The notes under the pieces are model-generated. The model ran no database searches. It saw only the letters and a list, made by a program, of their open reading frames with translations, and was not told the origin of the DNA. A stretch of DNA of 64,000 nt from an uncultured Gammaproteobacteria bacterium (GTDB lineage: Bacteria > Patescibacteriota > Patescibacteriia > Magasanikbacterales > GWA2-37-8). Position 1 is the first letter of the stretch. Every line of letters begins with the position of its first letter. The stretch covers positions 121,474 to 185,473 of the forward strand of contig CAZBWU010000001.1 in the NCBI GenBank assembly GCA_964496095.1, given 5' to 3'. The position numbers and the translations under genes are program-made. Shown here piece after piece: positions 37,925 through 48,054 of the stretch.

Positions 37925-38176
37925 TTTATTAGCTTACCACCGCCATGAGGCGGGGTCCCGCTGTAGCGGGATTAGGTTGTAGCTTTTTAGCATGTTAGTG
38001 ATCAATGGTTTTCGTCTGTCATCCTGAATGAAATGAAGTATCCCTGTTAGTTTCGTTCGTTGTCATTCCCAACTTGATTGGGAATCCAGGGTGCGTTCGA
38101 ATTGTCTGGATTCCCGCTTTGGCGGGAATGACATTGTGCGGACAGAGATTCTTCGCTCTGCTCAGAATGACAGTTT
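37925..38176. repeat. Cluster of hairpins and TGTCAT(T/C)CC repeats (direct at 38016 and 38061; inverted GGGAATGACA at 38124) in the gyrA upstream region
   Basis: Hairpins CCGCCatgaGGCGG, TCCCGCTgtAGCGGGA, ATTCCCaacttgatTGGGAAT, GGGAATCCAG...CTGGATTCCC. Confidence 0.55.
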
Positions 38177-38521
38177 TTATAATGTTGAGGTGGTAGAACT
38201 ATTAGTTGTTGGCACGGTCGTGGTAGTAGAAATTGTAGTAGTTGGCGTGCTCGTGGTCGTCGCTTCAGTGACAATTTTATTTAAGACAGTTTTTAACTGA
38301 TTTTTTATTCTTTCATTTTTGATGCGGTCGGTTTCATTATTAAAAAGTTTATCCCAATCATCTTGTCTACTATCAATTATTTTTTTCTCAGGGGTTTCAT
38401 TCCAACGAAATGAGCCCAAGCTGATTTTGGTTGCCCACCCCCAGAGTGCGAGAATAATAATAGTAAAAAAACTTACCCATATCCAGAGCCATCGTTTGGC
38501 CGCGGCATTTGGTGTTGGCAT
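38177..38521 (-). CDS. Hypothetical membrane-anchored protein with Thr-rich C-terminal tail
   Basis: ORF with N-terminal TM; operon with upstream gene. Confidence 0.45.
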   Translation of the reverse strand: MPTPNAAAKRWLWIWVSFFTIIILALWGWATKISLGSFRWNETPEKKIIDSRQDDWDKLFNNETDRIKNERIKNQLKTVLNKIVTEATTTSTPTTTISTTTTVPTTNSSTTSTL

Positions 38522-38525
38522 ATTT

Positions 38526-39140
38526 TTATTCTTTTTCTAAAACCATTAATTTTGTTTCTTCTTGTGGTAGATCTTTTTTCTTGATAATAAATTTCTTTTC
38601 CGTCGCTTCCGGTTTTAACCCTAATTCTTTAATAAAAGCAGTGATTGGAGCTGCGTCAGGATCAGTATCACAATTATAGGCAATAGGAATAATAATTCTC
38701 GCTTCTAGGGTATTAGCTAGCTGGGCAGCTGTTTTGGCATCCAAGTAACTTTCGCCCCCTCCGACGGGTATAAATAAGATGTCAGGGCTCATGATTTTTT
38801 CCATTTCAGAGTTTTCTAGAGGTTTTTTGAGTCTGCCCAAATGTACCATGTTTAGGTTTTCGGCATTGAGCTTGTAGATAACACTACTTTCAAAACCTGG
38901 AAGAGAGTAAATCATGACATTTTTGACTTCCATTTCTCCTAAAGAATCAACGACAAAAGTGTCAGGGGAGATAGTAGAGGAATTGTCTTGTCCTTGAGAA
39001 AAGAGAGCAATGTCAGGACTGAAATTGCGTGGAAAGTCTCCCTTTTTAGGCTTGTAGGCATCAATTAAAATAATAACATCCTTATCTTGGTTTTTGGTCT
39101 GAAGTTTGATACAAGTTTGTCCGAGCCAGCTAATATGCAT
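38526..39140 (-). CDS. Hypothetical protein (weak resemblance to MBL-fold hydrolases; HxHxDH motif absent)
   Basis: 204-aa ORF; 4-nt spacing to the downstream gene. Confidence 0.4.
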   Translation of the reverse strand: MHISWLGQTCIKLQTKNQDKDVIILIDAYKPKKGDFPRNFSPDIALFSQGQDNSSTISPDTFVVDSLGEMEVKNVMIYSLPGFESSVIYKLNAENLNMVHLGRLKKPLENSEMEKIMSPDILFIPVGGGESYLDAKTAAQLANTLEARIIIPIAYNCDTDPDAAPITAFIKELGLKPEATEKKFIIKKKDLPQEETKLMVLEKE

Positions 39141-39353
39141 AAGAGTATTTTTTAGAAATAATATAAGGGTCAGAGCCTTGACTAAAGGGTCAAGTAATGA
39201 TAAAGTGAGATGACGATTGAGACTAGTTTAACATATCATTTATAGGGATACAAGGGTAGGCGACAAGGTCTGAGTATAACCCTTGACAAAACCCGAAAAA
39301 TAGTGTATATTAAGACGTTACTTAAATTAATAAAAATCATTAATAATATAGAT

Positions 39354-42300
39354 ATGCAAAAGCAAAACCTCGGGAAGTTTAAATCAGTGGCTAGTTTAGC
39401 CATTTTTGGCGTTATGGCTGTCGTTGGTATTTTAGGGACAAGTTTGGGCGCGAAGGCTGCGTTGATAAATGCAGACCAGGTATTAGGGCAATTAGATGAA
39501 ACTGGTCAGCCAAACTTTAATCAAGGTTTGACCAACAGTTCGTTTGTAAATAATTATGGCTTTAGTAGTCCATATGGGATAGCGATGGATAAAGTTGGTC
39601 ACCGCCTATTTGTGGCTGATAATCCTAATCATCGTGTCTTGGTATTTAGTCTTGGTAATGATAATAATTTATTAGATTTTCATGCAGACCATGTTTTAGG
39701 TCAAAATAATTTTAGTGATAGTACGTATAACAATGGTGGTAATCCAGGTATAGACGGTGACGGAGATGTAATAATTGTGCCAGGCGCAGGATCTTTGTAT
39801 TCTCCAACAGCTCTTTTATTTAATCCAGCTAGCAATACTCTGTATGTTGCTGATTCTGGCAATAATCGCGTTCTTGTCTTTGACGTTGCCGTTATCGATA
39901 ACGGTGAAGATGCGGGTAGTGTTTTAGGTCAGAATGATTTTATAAGTTTTTTCTCAAATAAGGGTGGTCTTATAGGTGTCAGTACTTTAAAAAATCCTTC
40001 TGGTTTGGCTTTCGATTCAACTAGTAAAATTTTGTATGTTTCTGATTCTGGCAATCACCGTGTCTTAGCTTTTGATGCCACCACTATTGTTAATGGTGAG
40101 GACGCAGTTAATGTCATAGGACAGGCTGATTTTTTAGGTGGTTCTTCTAATCAAGCTAGTATTGTTGGTACCTCCACTTTAAATAATCCTATTGGAATTT
40201 CTTTAAATCCTGCTAGTCATATATTATATGTTGCCGATTCTGGCAATCACCGTGTCTTAGCTTTTGATGCCACTACTATTGTTAACGGTGAGGATGCGGT
40301 CAGTGTATTAGGACAGGCTGATTTTTTAAGTGGCACACCAAATGGGGGTACTTTTGTAGGAGCGGGGACTATGTTCTCCCCTCAGTATGTTTCTTTTAAT
40401 TCAGTTAGTAATTATTTATTAGTTTCAGATTCTGTTAATAATCGTGTCTTAGCTTTTGATGCCACTACTATTGTTAACGGTGAGGATGCGGTCAATGTAT
40501 TAGGACAGGCTAATTTTGTTGGCCATACAGCCAACCGTGGTGGGGCTGTTGGAGCTGGGACAATGAGTTACCCTTCAGGTTTTTTTTATAATTCTGATAA
40601 CAGTAAGTTGTATGTGCTTGATGTAAATAATCACCGTGTGCTAATTTTTGATGTATCTATTCCTGCCGCTATTGATAATGGTGAAAATGCAATTTCAGTT
40701 TTAGGCCAATTGGACTCATTGGGCCTTCCAAGCTATAATCAAAAGCTTGCTAACAGTACTCTAGTAAGTGATTTTGGTTTTGATCCAAATTATACATATG
40801 GAGCCTCAGTTAGTGTGGACTCTGCTGGTCATAGATTGTTTGTTTCAGACACAGGGAATAATCGTGTCTTAGTTTTTAATTTGGATAATGATAATAAGCT
40901 AGTAGATTATCACGCTGATTATGTTTTGGGTCAGGCTGATTTTGTTAGTAATTATTCTAATCGAAATGGCGTGTTGGGAGCCGGAACTTTAAGTAATCCA
41001 ACAAGTATTTTTTTTAGTGCTAGTAATAATACCTTGTATGTAGCTGACAATGATAATTATCGTGTCCTTGCCTTTGATGTTGCTACCATTGCTAATGGTG
41101 AAAATGCTGTTAACGTTTTAGGTCAAACAGATTTTACAAGATTAGACAGAGAGTTGGGACCTGCAACTTTTAATTATCCAGGAGGCATTTCACTGGATAC
41201 TATTAAACATATTTTATATGTAGTTGACCCAGGTAATAATCGTGTCCTTGCCTTTGATGTAACTACTATTGATAATGGTGAAAACGCAGTAAATGTTTTA
41301 GGCCAAGCAGATTTTGTGAGCGGGGCTCCTAATCGTGATGGTGCTATTGGTGCCAATACATTGCGTCAACCCAACGAAATTTCATTAGATTCTACTAGAA
41401 ATATTTTGTATGTAGCGGACACTTTCAACAATCGTATCCTTGCCTTTGATGTAACTACTATTGATAATGGTGAAAACGCAGAAAATGTTTTAGGCCAAGC
41501 AGATTTTGTGAGTGGCGGCCTTGCTATTGGCGCCGGAAGAATGAATTGGCCTGTGGGTGTTTCTTACGACCCTGGTAGTAATGGATTATTTGTAACAGAT
41601 TTCTTTAACAAACGGGTTCTTGTCTTTGATGTCTCTACCATTGATAATGGTGAAAATGCGATTAATGTCTTAGGTCAAGCTGATTTTAATTCTGCTACAA
41701 ATGGTTTAGAAGTTAATAAAGATAAATTTAATGGGCCTGCTAGTTTAACCTTTAATACAGTTAATAATAATCTTTACGTGTTTGATAGGAATAATAATCG
41801 CATTTTAGCTTTTGACATTCTTAGTTTGCCTAGCGTTGCCTTATCTAAAGGTTCAGTCTTCGTAGCGTATAACCAAACATTAAATTCAGCTATAAACGGT
41901 AGGGGTGAAGTTACATATAGTGTGACTGCTGGAGCTTTGCCTACTGGATTAAGCCTAGTTGGTCGAGTAATTAGTGGTACTCCTACTGTAGCTGGAACAT
42001 TTAATTTTACAGTTACTGCTCTTGATACATTTACTAATGGTACTACCTATAATGATGCAAAAGCATTTACTATTATTGTTGACCCAGCTCAAGGTGGTAA
42101 CGGTGGTGGAGGCGGAGGGGGCGGCGGTGGAGGTGGTGCTGGTGGTGGAGGATCTCCTGTATTTAACGCTCCAGTTGGAGGATTTAGTGTGGCCGTACAA
42201 AGTGTAGTTGCTGGCACAAATCCTGCTCAAGTTAACCTAGTATTAAATGGTGGTACAGCTACTCGTATGGTTATTGCCAATACTCCAGATTTTGCTGGAG

Positions 42301-42860
42301 CTAGTCAAGTAGTATACAGAACAAGTACTGTACATACTTTGACTGCTGGAAATGGAATAAAAACTATCTACGCCAGATTCTTTGACTCTTCTGGTACTGC
42401 TTCGGTGGTTGTGACTGCAACTACTTCTATTACCAGTACTCCAGTTAGTGTTGCACCTGCGCCTATCACTCCGGAAGTTTTGGGTGTGAAAATTACTAGA
42501 CTTGATGAGTTGGTCGCCAAGCTTAAAGCTGGTCAAACAAATAGTGAAGTAATGGAAATGCAAAACGAACTGAAGAAAGCCGGTTATTTTGCTAAGACCT
42601 TCAAAGCCACCAAATACTATGGCGCTATGACTAAAACTGCTGTCCAGAAATATTTAGCTGATAAGAATAAAAAGCCAGTGGTTGCAAAGACTCTGGATGA
42701 ATTAGTCGCTACTCTCAAACTTGGTCAAAAGAGTGATTTGGTAAAACAATTGCAAACTGAACTCAAGAAATTGAAATTCTTCCCTGCTAATATAGTTGCT
42801 ACTGGTTATTATGGTCCAGCTACCAAAACAGCGGTAAATAAATATTTAGCTTCCAAGTAA
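39354..42860 (+). CDS. Secreted NHL-repeat protein (~15 NNRVL(A/V)FD repeats) with Gly-rich linker and two C-terminal peptidoglycan-binding-like (PG_binding_1-type) modules
   Basis: Signal peptide MQKQN...FGVMAVVGILG; repeat unit about 63 aa; C-terminal L..G..S..V..LQ.ELKK.G...G.YG..T..AV.KY modules; GTG at 39303 is an alternative start. Confidence 0.8.
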   Translation: MQKQNLGKFKSVASLAIFGVMAVVGILGTSLGAKAALINADQVLGQLDETGQPNFNQGLTNSSFVNNYGFSSPYGIAMDKVGHRLFVADNPNHRVLVFSLGNDNNLLDFHADHVLGQNNFSDSTYNNGGNPGIDGDGDVIIVPGAGSLYSPTALLFNPASNTLYVADSGNNRVLVFDVAVIDNGEDAGSVLGQNDFISFFSNKGGLIGVSTLKNPSGLAFDSTSKILYVSDSGNHRVLAFDATTIVNGEDAVNVIGQADFLGGSSNQASIVGTSTLNNPIGISLNPASHILYVADSGNHRVLAFDATTIVNGEDAVSVLGQADFLSGTPNGGTFVGAGTMFSPQYVSFNSVSNYLLVSDSVNNRVLAFDATTIVNGEDAVNVLGQANFVGHTANRGGAVGAGTMSYPSGFFYNSDNSKLYVLDVNNHRVLIFDVSIPAAIDNGENAISVLGQLDSLGLPSYNQKLANSTLVSDFGFDPNYTYGASVSVDSAGHRLFVSDTGNNRVLVFNLDNDNKLVDYHADYVLGQADFVSNYSNRNGVLGAGTLSNPTSIFFSASNNTLYVADNDNYRVLAFDVATIANGENAVNVLGQTDFTRLDRELGPATFNYPGGISLDTIKHILYVVDPGNNRVLAFDVTTIDNGENAVNVLGQADFVSGAPNRDGAIGANTLRQPNEISLDSTRNILYVADTFNNRILAFDVTTIDNGENAENVLGQADFVSGGLAIGAGRMNWPVGVSYDPGSNGLFVTDFFNKRVLVFDVSTIDNGENAINVLGQADFNSATNGLEVNKDKFNGPASLTFNTVNNNLYVFDRNNNRILAFDILSLPSVALSKGSVFVAYNQTLNSAINGRGEVTYSVTAGALPTGLSLVGRVISGTPTVAGTFNFTVTALDTFTNGTTYNDAKAFTIIVDPAQGGNGGGGGGGGGGGGAGGGGSPVFNAPVGGFSVAVQSVVAGTNPAQVNLVLNGGTATRMVIANTPDFAGASQVVYRTSTVHTLTAGNGIKTIYARFFDSSGTASVVVTATTSITSTPVSVAPAPITPEVLGVKITRLDELVAKLKAGQTNSEVMEMQNELKKAGYFAKTFKATKYYGAMTKTAVQKYLADKNKKPVVAKTLDELVATLKLGQKSDLVKQLQTELKKLKFFPANIVATGYYGPATKTAVNKYLASK

Positions 42861-42865
42861 TAAAA

Positions 42866-42897
42866 TAAAAAATCCATCCAAATTTGGGTGGATTTTT
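42866..42897 (+). terminator. Rho-independent terminator AAAAAATCCATCC...GGGTGGATTTTTT
   Basis: Same architecture as terminators at 44514 and 47942. Confidence 0.75.
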
Positions 42898-42914
42898 TGT
42901 TAGCATTTATAATT

Positions 42915-44498
42915 ATGCAAAAACAAAATCAGACAAGTTTAAAACAATTTATAAGAATAGCACTTTTTGGTGTTATGGTTATAATTGGTTTATTTGATTT
43001 TGGCAAATATTCGCAAGCGGTGTCTGCGCCGATTTATGTACAGTTTAGATCTATTATAAGCTCTGCTCAAGAAAATGTTAGTATTGTGCCGGTGCAGCTT
43101 ACATTTATTGGTTCTAACTCCAAAAGTGTTTATCATGACAAAATGGATGTTTATTACCAAATATATGGAACTGCCAGTTCTTTGGATTATTCTTTCAATG
43201 GGCAGGCTAATATTGGATCTGGAGTAATTCATATTCCGGCTGGTTCTGGTGATTACACTGTAAATCTTAGACAAACAAATGATTCGTTAGTTGAAAATGA
43301 TGAGCAAATAGTGATTAAAATTAGTTCTGTTGTTAGTAGAAACTTATCTATCTTTGCAACCCCGGTCAGAGTAGGAACAAATAATGTTTTTACTCACACT
43401 ATTATCAATGATGATTTGCCAACTAGTTTGGATATTACCAACGTCAATGATAATTCGACAGCCTCAAGAATATATTCTCCGGATTTAACATTTGTGCAAT
43501 TGGGTAAATGGAATTTTTTTGCATCTAATAATAATGTCATATTAAGCAAATTAACATTGCAGAGTATAAATCCAAACGGGGGAGCGGTTTTGACTAACTT
43601 AGCTAGTTTTAGTTCGTTAGCTTTGTATGATGACTCTAATTTCCTTGGGCTCGGTAGTTTTACTAATGGTGATCTTGTTTTTAGAAATTTTAGTTCTGTA
43701 ATTCAAGCCAATAGTTCGAAAGTTTATACTCTTAGAGGCTATATCAACGCTTCTGGTACAATGACCAGAAACACGCCTGTGGCTTTTGCAATAAAAAGTG
43801 ACAGTAGCGCTGATATATTAGCGACAGCTAGCACAGGGGCTTTGTTGGGTGTAGCTGATATTAATTATGATTCTGTAAGTAATGTCGGCCTAGCTGAGTC
43901 TAGATTTGCCAGATCCACAGTGTATATATTTCATGATGCTTATCCGGCTGTGTCTGCCATGTCGTTAGGAGAAAGTTTATCTTGGGATGTTCAAGCTAAG
44001 ATTTTTAAGTTTAGAGTTGCAAATGTCGGAACAGTAGATTTACGTATTTATGAAATCATACCCTCCTTTGATATATCGGGTTTAGTTTTTGGAAGTATTA
44101 GTGATTTTAGATTATATGAAGATGATGGTGTGGGAGGTCTAGGAACATACTTTGGCCAAAATAATATAACGGTGCAGGCCAATACCGCCAATTCAGTTTC
44201 TACTTTGTTTGATTATAGTAACGATCAAAATAATTCATTTGAAACTTTGACTATTGCTCCTGGTACCACTAAGACATTTATTATTACCGCGAACACCGCT
44301 AATATGATGGCTGGCAAAAGTACAGGCTCCATAAGGGTGTCTTCTAAGATTGTTGGCTCTACCGGTTGGAACGGAACTGCTTGGAATGTAGGTAATATTA
44401 GATATGGTTATACTCCCACCGATTGGTTTCCACAGGGTGTTTTTTCAGCCTCTGATTCTTATGATGTAGATGGGGGAGATTTGGTTTATACTTTGTAA
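42915..44498 (+). CDS. Secreted Calx-beta domain protein
   Basis: Signal peptide MQKQN...FGVMVIIGLF shared with the upstream gene; Calx-beta-like DY..F.G.......G...V...D...E.DE.I segment. Confidence 0.65.
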   Translation: MQKQNQTSLKQFIRIALFGVMVIIGLFDFGKYSQAVSAPIYVQFRSIISSAQENVSIVPVQLTFIGSNSKSVYHDKMDVYYQIYGTASSLDYSFNGQANIGSGVIHIPAGSGDYTVNLRQTNDSLVENDEQIVIKISSVVSRNLSIFATPVRVGTNNVFTHTIINDDLPTSLDITNVNDNSTASRIYSPDLTFVQLGKWNFFASNNNVILSKLTLQSINPNGGAVLTNLASFSSLALYDDSNFLGLGSFTNGDLVFRNFSSVIQANSSKVYTLRGYINASGTMTRNTPVAFAIKSDSSADILATASTGALLGVADINYDSVSNVGLAESRFARSTVYIFHDAYPAVSAMSLGESLSWDVQAKIFKFRVANVGTVDLRIYEIIPSFDISGLVFGSISDFRLYEDDGVGGLGTYFGQNNITVQANTANSVSTLFDYSNDQNNSFETLTIAPGTTKTFIITANTANMMAGKSTGSIRVSSKIVGSTGWNGTAWNVGNIRYGYTPTDWFPQGVFSASDSYDVDGGDLVYTL

Positions 44499-44513
44499 TT
44501 AGATAAAATAAAT

Positions 44514-44546
44514 AAAAATCCAGCCCCAAAAGGGCTGGATTTTTTG
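44514..44546 (+). terminator. Rho-independent terminator AAAAATCCAGCCC-caaaa-GGGCTGGATTTTTT
   Basis: Perfect 9-bp stem + T6. Confidence 0.8.
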
Positions 44547-44555
44547 TTCATTTTG

Positions 44556-44592
44556 TGGTATAATACAATTATATGAATTAAAAATTCATATA
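44556..44592 (+). promoter_or_regulatory. Extended -10 promoter TGgTATAAT followed by perfect palindrome ATATGAATT-aaa-AATTCATAT (operator-like) upstream of the CAP-domain gene
   Basis: Read directly. Confidence 0.5.
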
Positions 44593-44684
44593 AACTCATT
44601 CGCTCGGAAATACTCAGTTCAATATTTATAATTCGTAATCGATTATAAATATCTCACCGACTATTTCACTCGCTCATTTCGATT

Positions 44685-45641
44685 ATGAAAAAAATACTAA
44701 AAAAGTACTTTATTTCTCATAAAGAAAATAATTTTCATGCCCACCTACTTCACACGAAGCGGGCAGTTTTTTATGGCTTGGTTTTTTTATTGACCAAGAT
44801 TATTTTGGTTACTTTTGTTTTGTTTTTACCCGTTGGCGTATTTGTCTTGCCTGATGTCTTGGCCGAAGAACAAAAACAAATTTTGGCTTTGACCAATCAG
44901 CTTAGACACAATAAAAAACTAGCAGTATTATCCGAGATGGACAAGTTAAACCTATCAGCTCAAAACAAAGCAGAGGATATGGCCAATAATAATTATTTTG
45001 CTCATTCTATTGATGATAAGAGTTTGTCTACCTGGCTACAAGGAGCAGGTTATAAGTATGAAGTAGCGGGGGAGAATCTGGCAGTTGGTTTTAGTAGTGC
45101 CCAAGATATATTAACTGCTTGGGAAAAAAGCCCAACCCATTATGCAAATTTAATTGACCCAGACTTCAAAGATTTGGGGATTGGTTTGGCTGGAGGAGTA
45201 TATAAAGACCAACCCACGGTTTTTATTGTTCAACATTTTGCTACGCCAGTTGCAGTAGTCAAAGAGGAGCCGGCTAAAAAAATAATTGGCAAAAAATCTT
45301 CGGTGGTGGAAATAAAAGTTGAAAAAGATCTTATTCCAGAGCCTGATGCGCAAGAACCACAGTTGGTTTTGGGAGGAAAAATAAAAAACGAAGAATCTCA
45401 AAATCCCATAGTTAGTCAAAATCAATCTTCACCTGTTGAAAAATATATCCAAGCTAAGAATGTTTTATCACCGCTGACAAATATTTTTGCTGTATCACAA
45501 AATATTTATTTTGGAGCTATGCTTTTTTTTGCTTTTGTGTTACTTTTAAACATAGTCATTCATTTGCGCAAACAGCACTACCATATTATAGCTCAAACTA
45601 GTGGCTTAATTGCTTTGCTGTTTATTTTTTGGAAATTTTAA
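44685..45641 (+). CDS. CAP/SCP (YkwD-like) domain protein with N- and C-terminal TM anchors
   Basis: CAP motifs ...NNNYFAHS...GENLA...AWEKSPTHYANL. Confidence 0.75.
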   Translation: MKKILKKYFISHKENNFHAHLLHTKRAVFYGLVFLLTKIILVTFVLFLPVGVFVLPDVLAEEQKQILALTNQLRHNKKLAVLSEMDKLNLSAQNKAEDMANNNYFAHSIDDKSLSTWLQGAGYKYEVAGENLAVGFSSAQDILTAWEKSPTHYANLIDPDFKDLGIGLAGGVYKDQPTVFIVQHFATPVAVVKEEPAKKIIGKKSSVVEIKVEKDLIPEPDAQEPQLVLGGKIKNEESQNPIVSQNQSSPVEKYIQAKNVLSPLTNIFAVSQNIYFGAMLFFAFVLLLNIVIHLRKQHYHIIAQTSGLIALLFIFWKF

Positions 45642-45659
45642 TTATATAATTGTATACAT

Positions 45660-47561
45660 ATGCGAAAAAAAATATTAGCGATCATTTCAATTTTGAGTCT
45701 GCTGTTGACGTTAGTGCCGGGTATAAAAACCATTCAGGCTGCCCCGGGGGGGCAGATAGTTGGATTTGATGGTATAAGCAGTCAGGCTGTTGAAGGTGAA
45801 ATAAGATATGTTAAATTTAAACCAGAAGTCACGATGAGCCCTTCTGATTATATTGATGTTCATTATACAATAAGTGGTACGGCTTCAGATTCAGATTATT
45901 ATTTTAATGATGGTACCGGTATAGCTAGAATTAAAAAGGATCAATTATCATTTCCTTTATATTCTGTTGATGAAGGCGGGCTTGAGAACGACGAAAAGGT
46001 AATTATTACTATTACGAGCGCTACTGATCAAAGTGGGCAAGCAGTAGATTTAAAGCCATTTAGTAAGGTATATACGCATACTATTTGGGATTATAACGGA
46101 CCTCCAAAATTGAGTTTTTTGTATGATACTGCCAGTTCAAACGAGAACGGCAATCCCGGCGTTTTTACTGTCTATCTTTCTCGAGCCACAAACGCTAATG
46201 TTACATTCAAGTGGGGGTTTATTGGGCTTCCTTTTTTTACAGCTACTAATGAGTCAACGGTTATTAATGGCCACACCTTTCCTCCAGATTTAACAACCCC
46301 ACCCACAGGTGTTTTTCAGGATGCAGTCATACCGGCGGGGCAGACTTCAATATCTATACCCTTAAATATTCAGGATGATAATCTTATTGAAGATAATGAA
46401 ACATTTCAACTTTCATTAGGAGCAGCTGCGACTATACATAATGCCGTTGCCGGTTCAGTGTTGAGTCAGACTTATACGATTATAGATAATGAAGGAATAC
46501 CTACTATTTCTTTCCAATCAGGCAATGCCTCTGGTTCAGAAAATCTTACTACTATTAATACAACCGTAGTACTTTCAGAAGCTTTATTATCTGATACTAC
46601 TTTTTCTCTAGTGGTAGATCAAGCCCATAGTACGGCAATAGCGGGTGGTCAGGATTGGAATTTGCCCTTAGCAGTGGCTCCACTTACTATTCCGGCTGGT
46701 GCTACCTCGGCTAATGTTGCCTTTACTGTCGTTAATGACAATATTCAAGAGGGGGATGAAACTGCCACGATTTCTATTACAAATATCCTTAATGCAGGAG
46801 TTGACGTATCTGCAGGCCAGAACATGTCTTTTACTTATACAATTTTAGATAATGATACGCCAGCGCCAGTTGTGCCACCGGTCGTTGTACCTCCAGGAGG
46901 AGGTAATGGAGGGGGCGGAGGTTCGACATTACCGAACAACGGCGTTTGTCCTGTCCTAAATCCCGGAGATATGATTAAAGTTGCAGGTAATCCAGCTATC
47001 TATGTAGTCAATCGATTTAATAAAATCATGTATTTCCCTTCGGGAGACGAATATAAGAGTTGGAATGAAGGCGAAGGTTATGGTGGGTATATTACTGTTA
47101 CTCAAAATTGTTTTGATAATGGTTTGCAAGTGCCGAGCGGTCCACCAGCTGGAGTGAATTATCGTTCAGGCTCATATATAATTCAAAAAGAAAATACCAG
47201 CCAATTGTATGCGGTATTACCAAATAACACTATCGCAAAAATTAGCACAGCTGATGCGCAAGCTTTGTATGGTACAAATTATAAAGTAATGACTGTGAAG
47301 TTTATTTTCTGGTCAAATTATATTAACACGGCTTCAGAAATTTCTGGTAAAGCTCATAGTGGAATGTTGGTAAGAAAAGATAATAAAGTTTGGTATGTGG
47401 ATGGAAATAATTTACGAGAAGTGCCAGTCAATCAAATGTCTGTCAATCGTTTCAAATCCGTTTTTGTGCATACTGTGCCAGCTTCTTATCTGACAGGTTT
47501 TGGTACAGGCGCGCCGATTGATGGTGAAGTCACAAGTCTTACTAACAGAACACAATTATAA
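45660..47561 (+). CDS. Secreted multi-Calx-beta domain protein with Gly-rich linker and C-terminal repeat domain
   Basis: Signal peptide; at least 3 Calx-beta-like modules (DY..F...G......DE...I.I). Confidence 0.65.
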   Translation: MRKKILAIISILSLLLTLVPGIKTIQAAPGGQIVGFDGISSQAVEGEIRYVKFKPEVTMSPSDYIDVHYTISGTASDSDYYFNDGTGIARIKKDQLSFPLYSVDEGGLENDEKVIITITSATDQSGQAVDLKPFSKVYTHTIWDYNGPPKLSFLYDTASSNENGNPGVFTVYLSRATNANVTFKWGFIGLPFFTATNESTVINGHTFPPDLTTPPTGVFQDAVIPAGQTSISIPLNIQDDNLIEDNETFQLSLGAAATIHNAVAGSVLSQTYTIIDNEGIPTISFQSGNASGSENLTTINTTVVLSEALLSDTTFSLVVDQAHSTAIAGGQDWNLPLAVAPLTIPAGATSANVAFTVVNDNIQEGDETATISITNILNAGVDVSAGQNMSFTYTILDNDTPAPVVPPVVVPPGGGNGGGGGSTLPNNGVCPVLNPGDMIKVAGNPAIYVVNRFNKIMYFPSGDEYKSWNEGEGYGGYITVTQNCFDNGLQVPSGPPAGVNYRSGSYIIQKENTSQLYAVLPNNTIAKISTADAQALYGTNYKVMTVKFIFWSNYINTASEISGKAHSGMLVRKDNKVWYVDGNNLREVPVNQMSVNRFKSVFVHTVPASYLTGFGTGAPIDGEVTSLTNRTQL

Positions 47562-47577
47562 AATTTAGTTTTTAGGT

Positions 47578-47934
47578 ATGAATAATAAAAAAATAATTTT
47601 TATAGGTGTGGTAGTAGTGGTGGTAGTCCTTGGTATTTATATGTTAAAAAATAATCCAAAAGTAGATAAGGATGATAAATTAAGAACGTCTACATACTCT
47701 ATTCCTATGGGAGCGACCAATGCTCCAGACCCAATTGTAATGGTCAGAATTTCTAGGGAAAAAGTAGATGCCTTGCTTAAAGAAGTAAAACAAGGTCAGA
47801 CAAGTGACAAGGTGCTTGAATTACAAACAGAGTTGCAAAAACTTGGTTATATAGTAAAGAGTTGGAAGCCGACTAAATTTTATGGAACTGTGACAGCCGG
47901 CGCTGTGACCAAATATCAAGCGTCAAATAAATAA
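47578..47934 (+). CDS. Small membrane-anchored protein with one PG_binding_1-like module
   Basis: TM at N-terminus; the module matches the C-terminal repeats of the NHL protein. Confidence 0.6.
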   Translation: MNNKKIIFIGVVVVVVVLGIYMLKNNPKVDKDDKLRTSTYSIPMGATNAPDPIVMVRISREKVDALLKEVKQGQTSDKVLELQTELQKLGYIVKSWKPTKFYGTVTAGAVTKYQASNK

Positions 47935-47941
47935 AAAAAGT

Positions 47942-47976
47942 AAAAAATCCACCTTTAAATCAGGGTGGATTTTTTG
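47942..47976 (+). terminator. Rho-independent terminator AAAAAATCCACC...GGGTGGATTTTTT
   Basis: Read directly. Confidence 0.75.
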
Positions 47977-48054
47977 TTTCTAGCATTGACAAAATGACTT
48001 AGAGTGGCTATTATACCTCTATAAGAACCGAGAAATCGGCGATTTTGCGTATTT

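Noticed and set aside
38526-39140. Calling 38526-39140 a metallo-beta-lactamase-fold hydrolase
   Set aside because: Only a vague fold-level resemblance, and the diagnostic HxHxDH metal-binding motif is absent. Kept as hypothetical.
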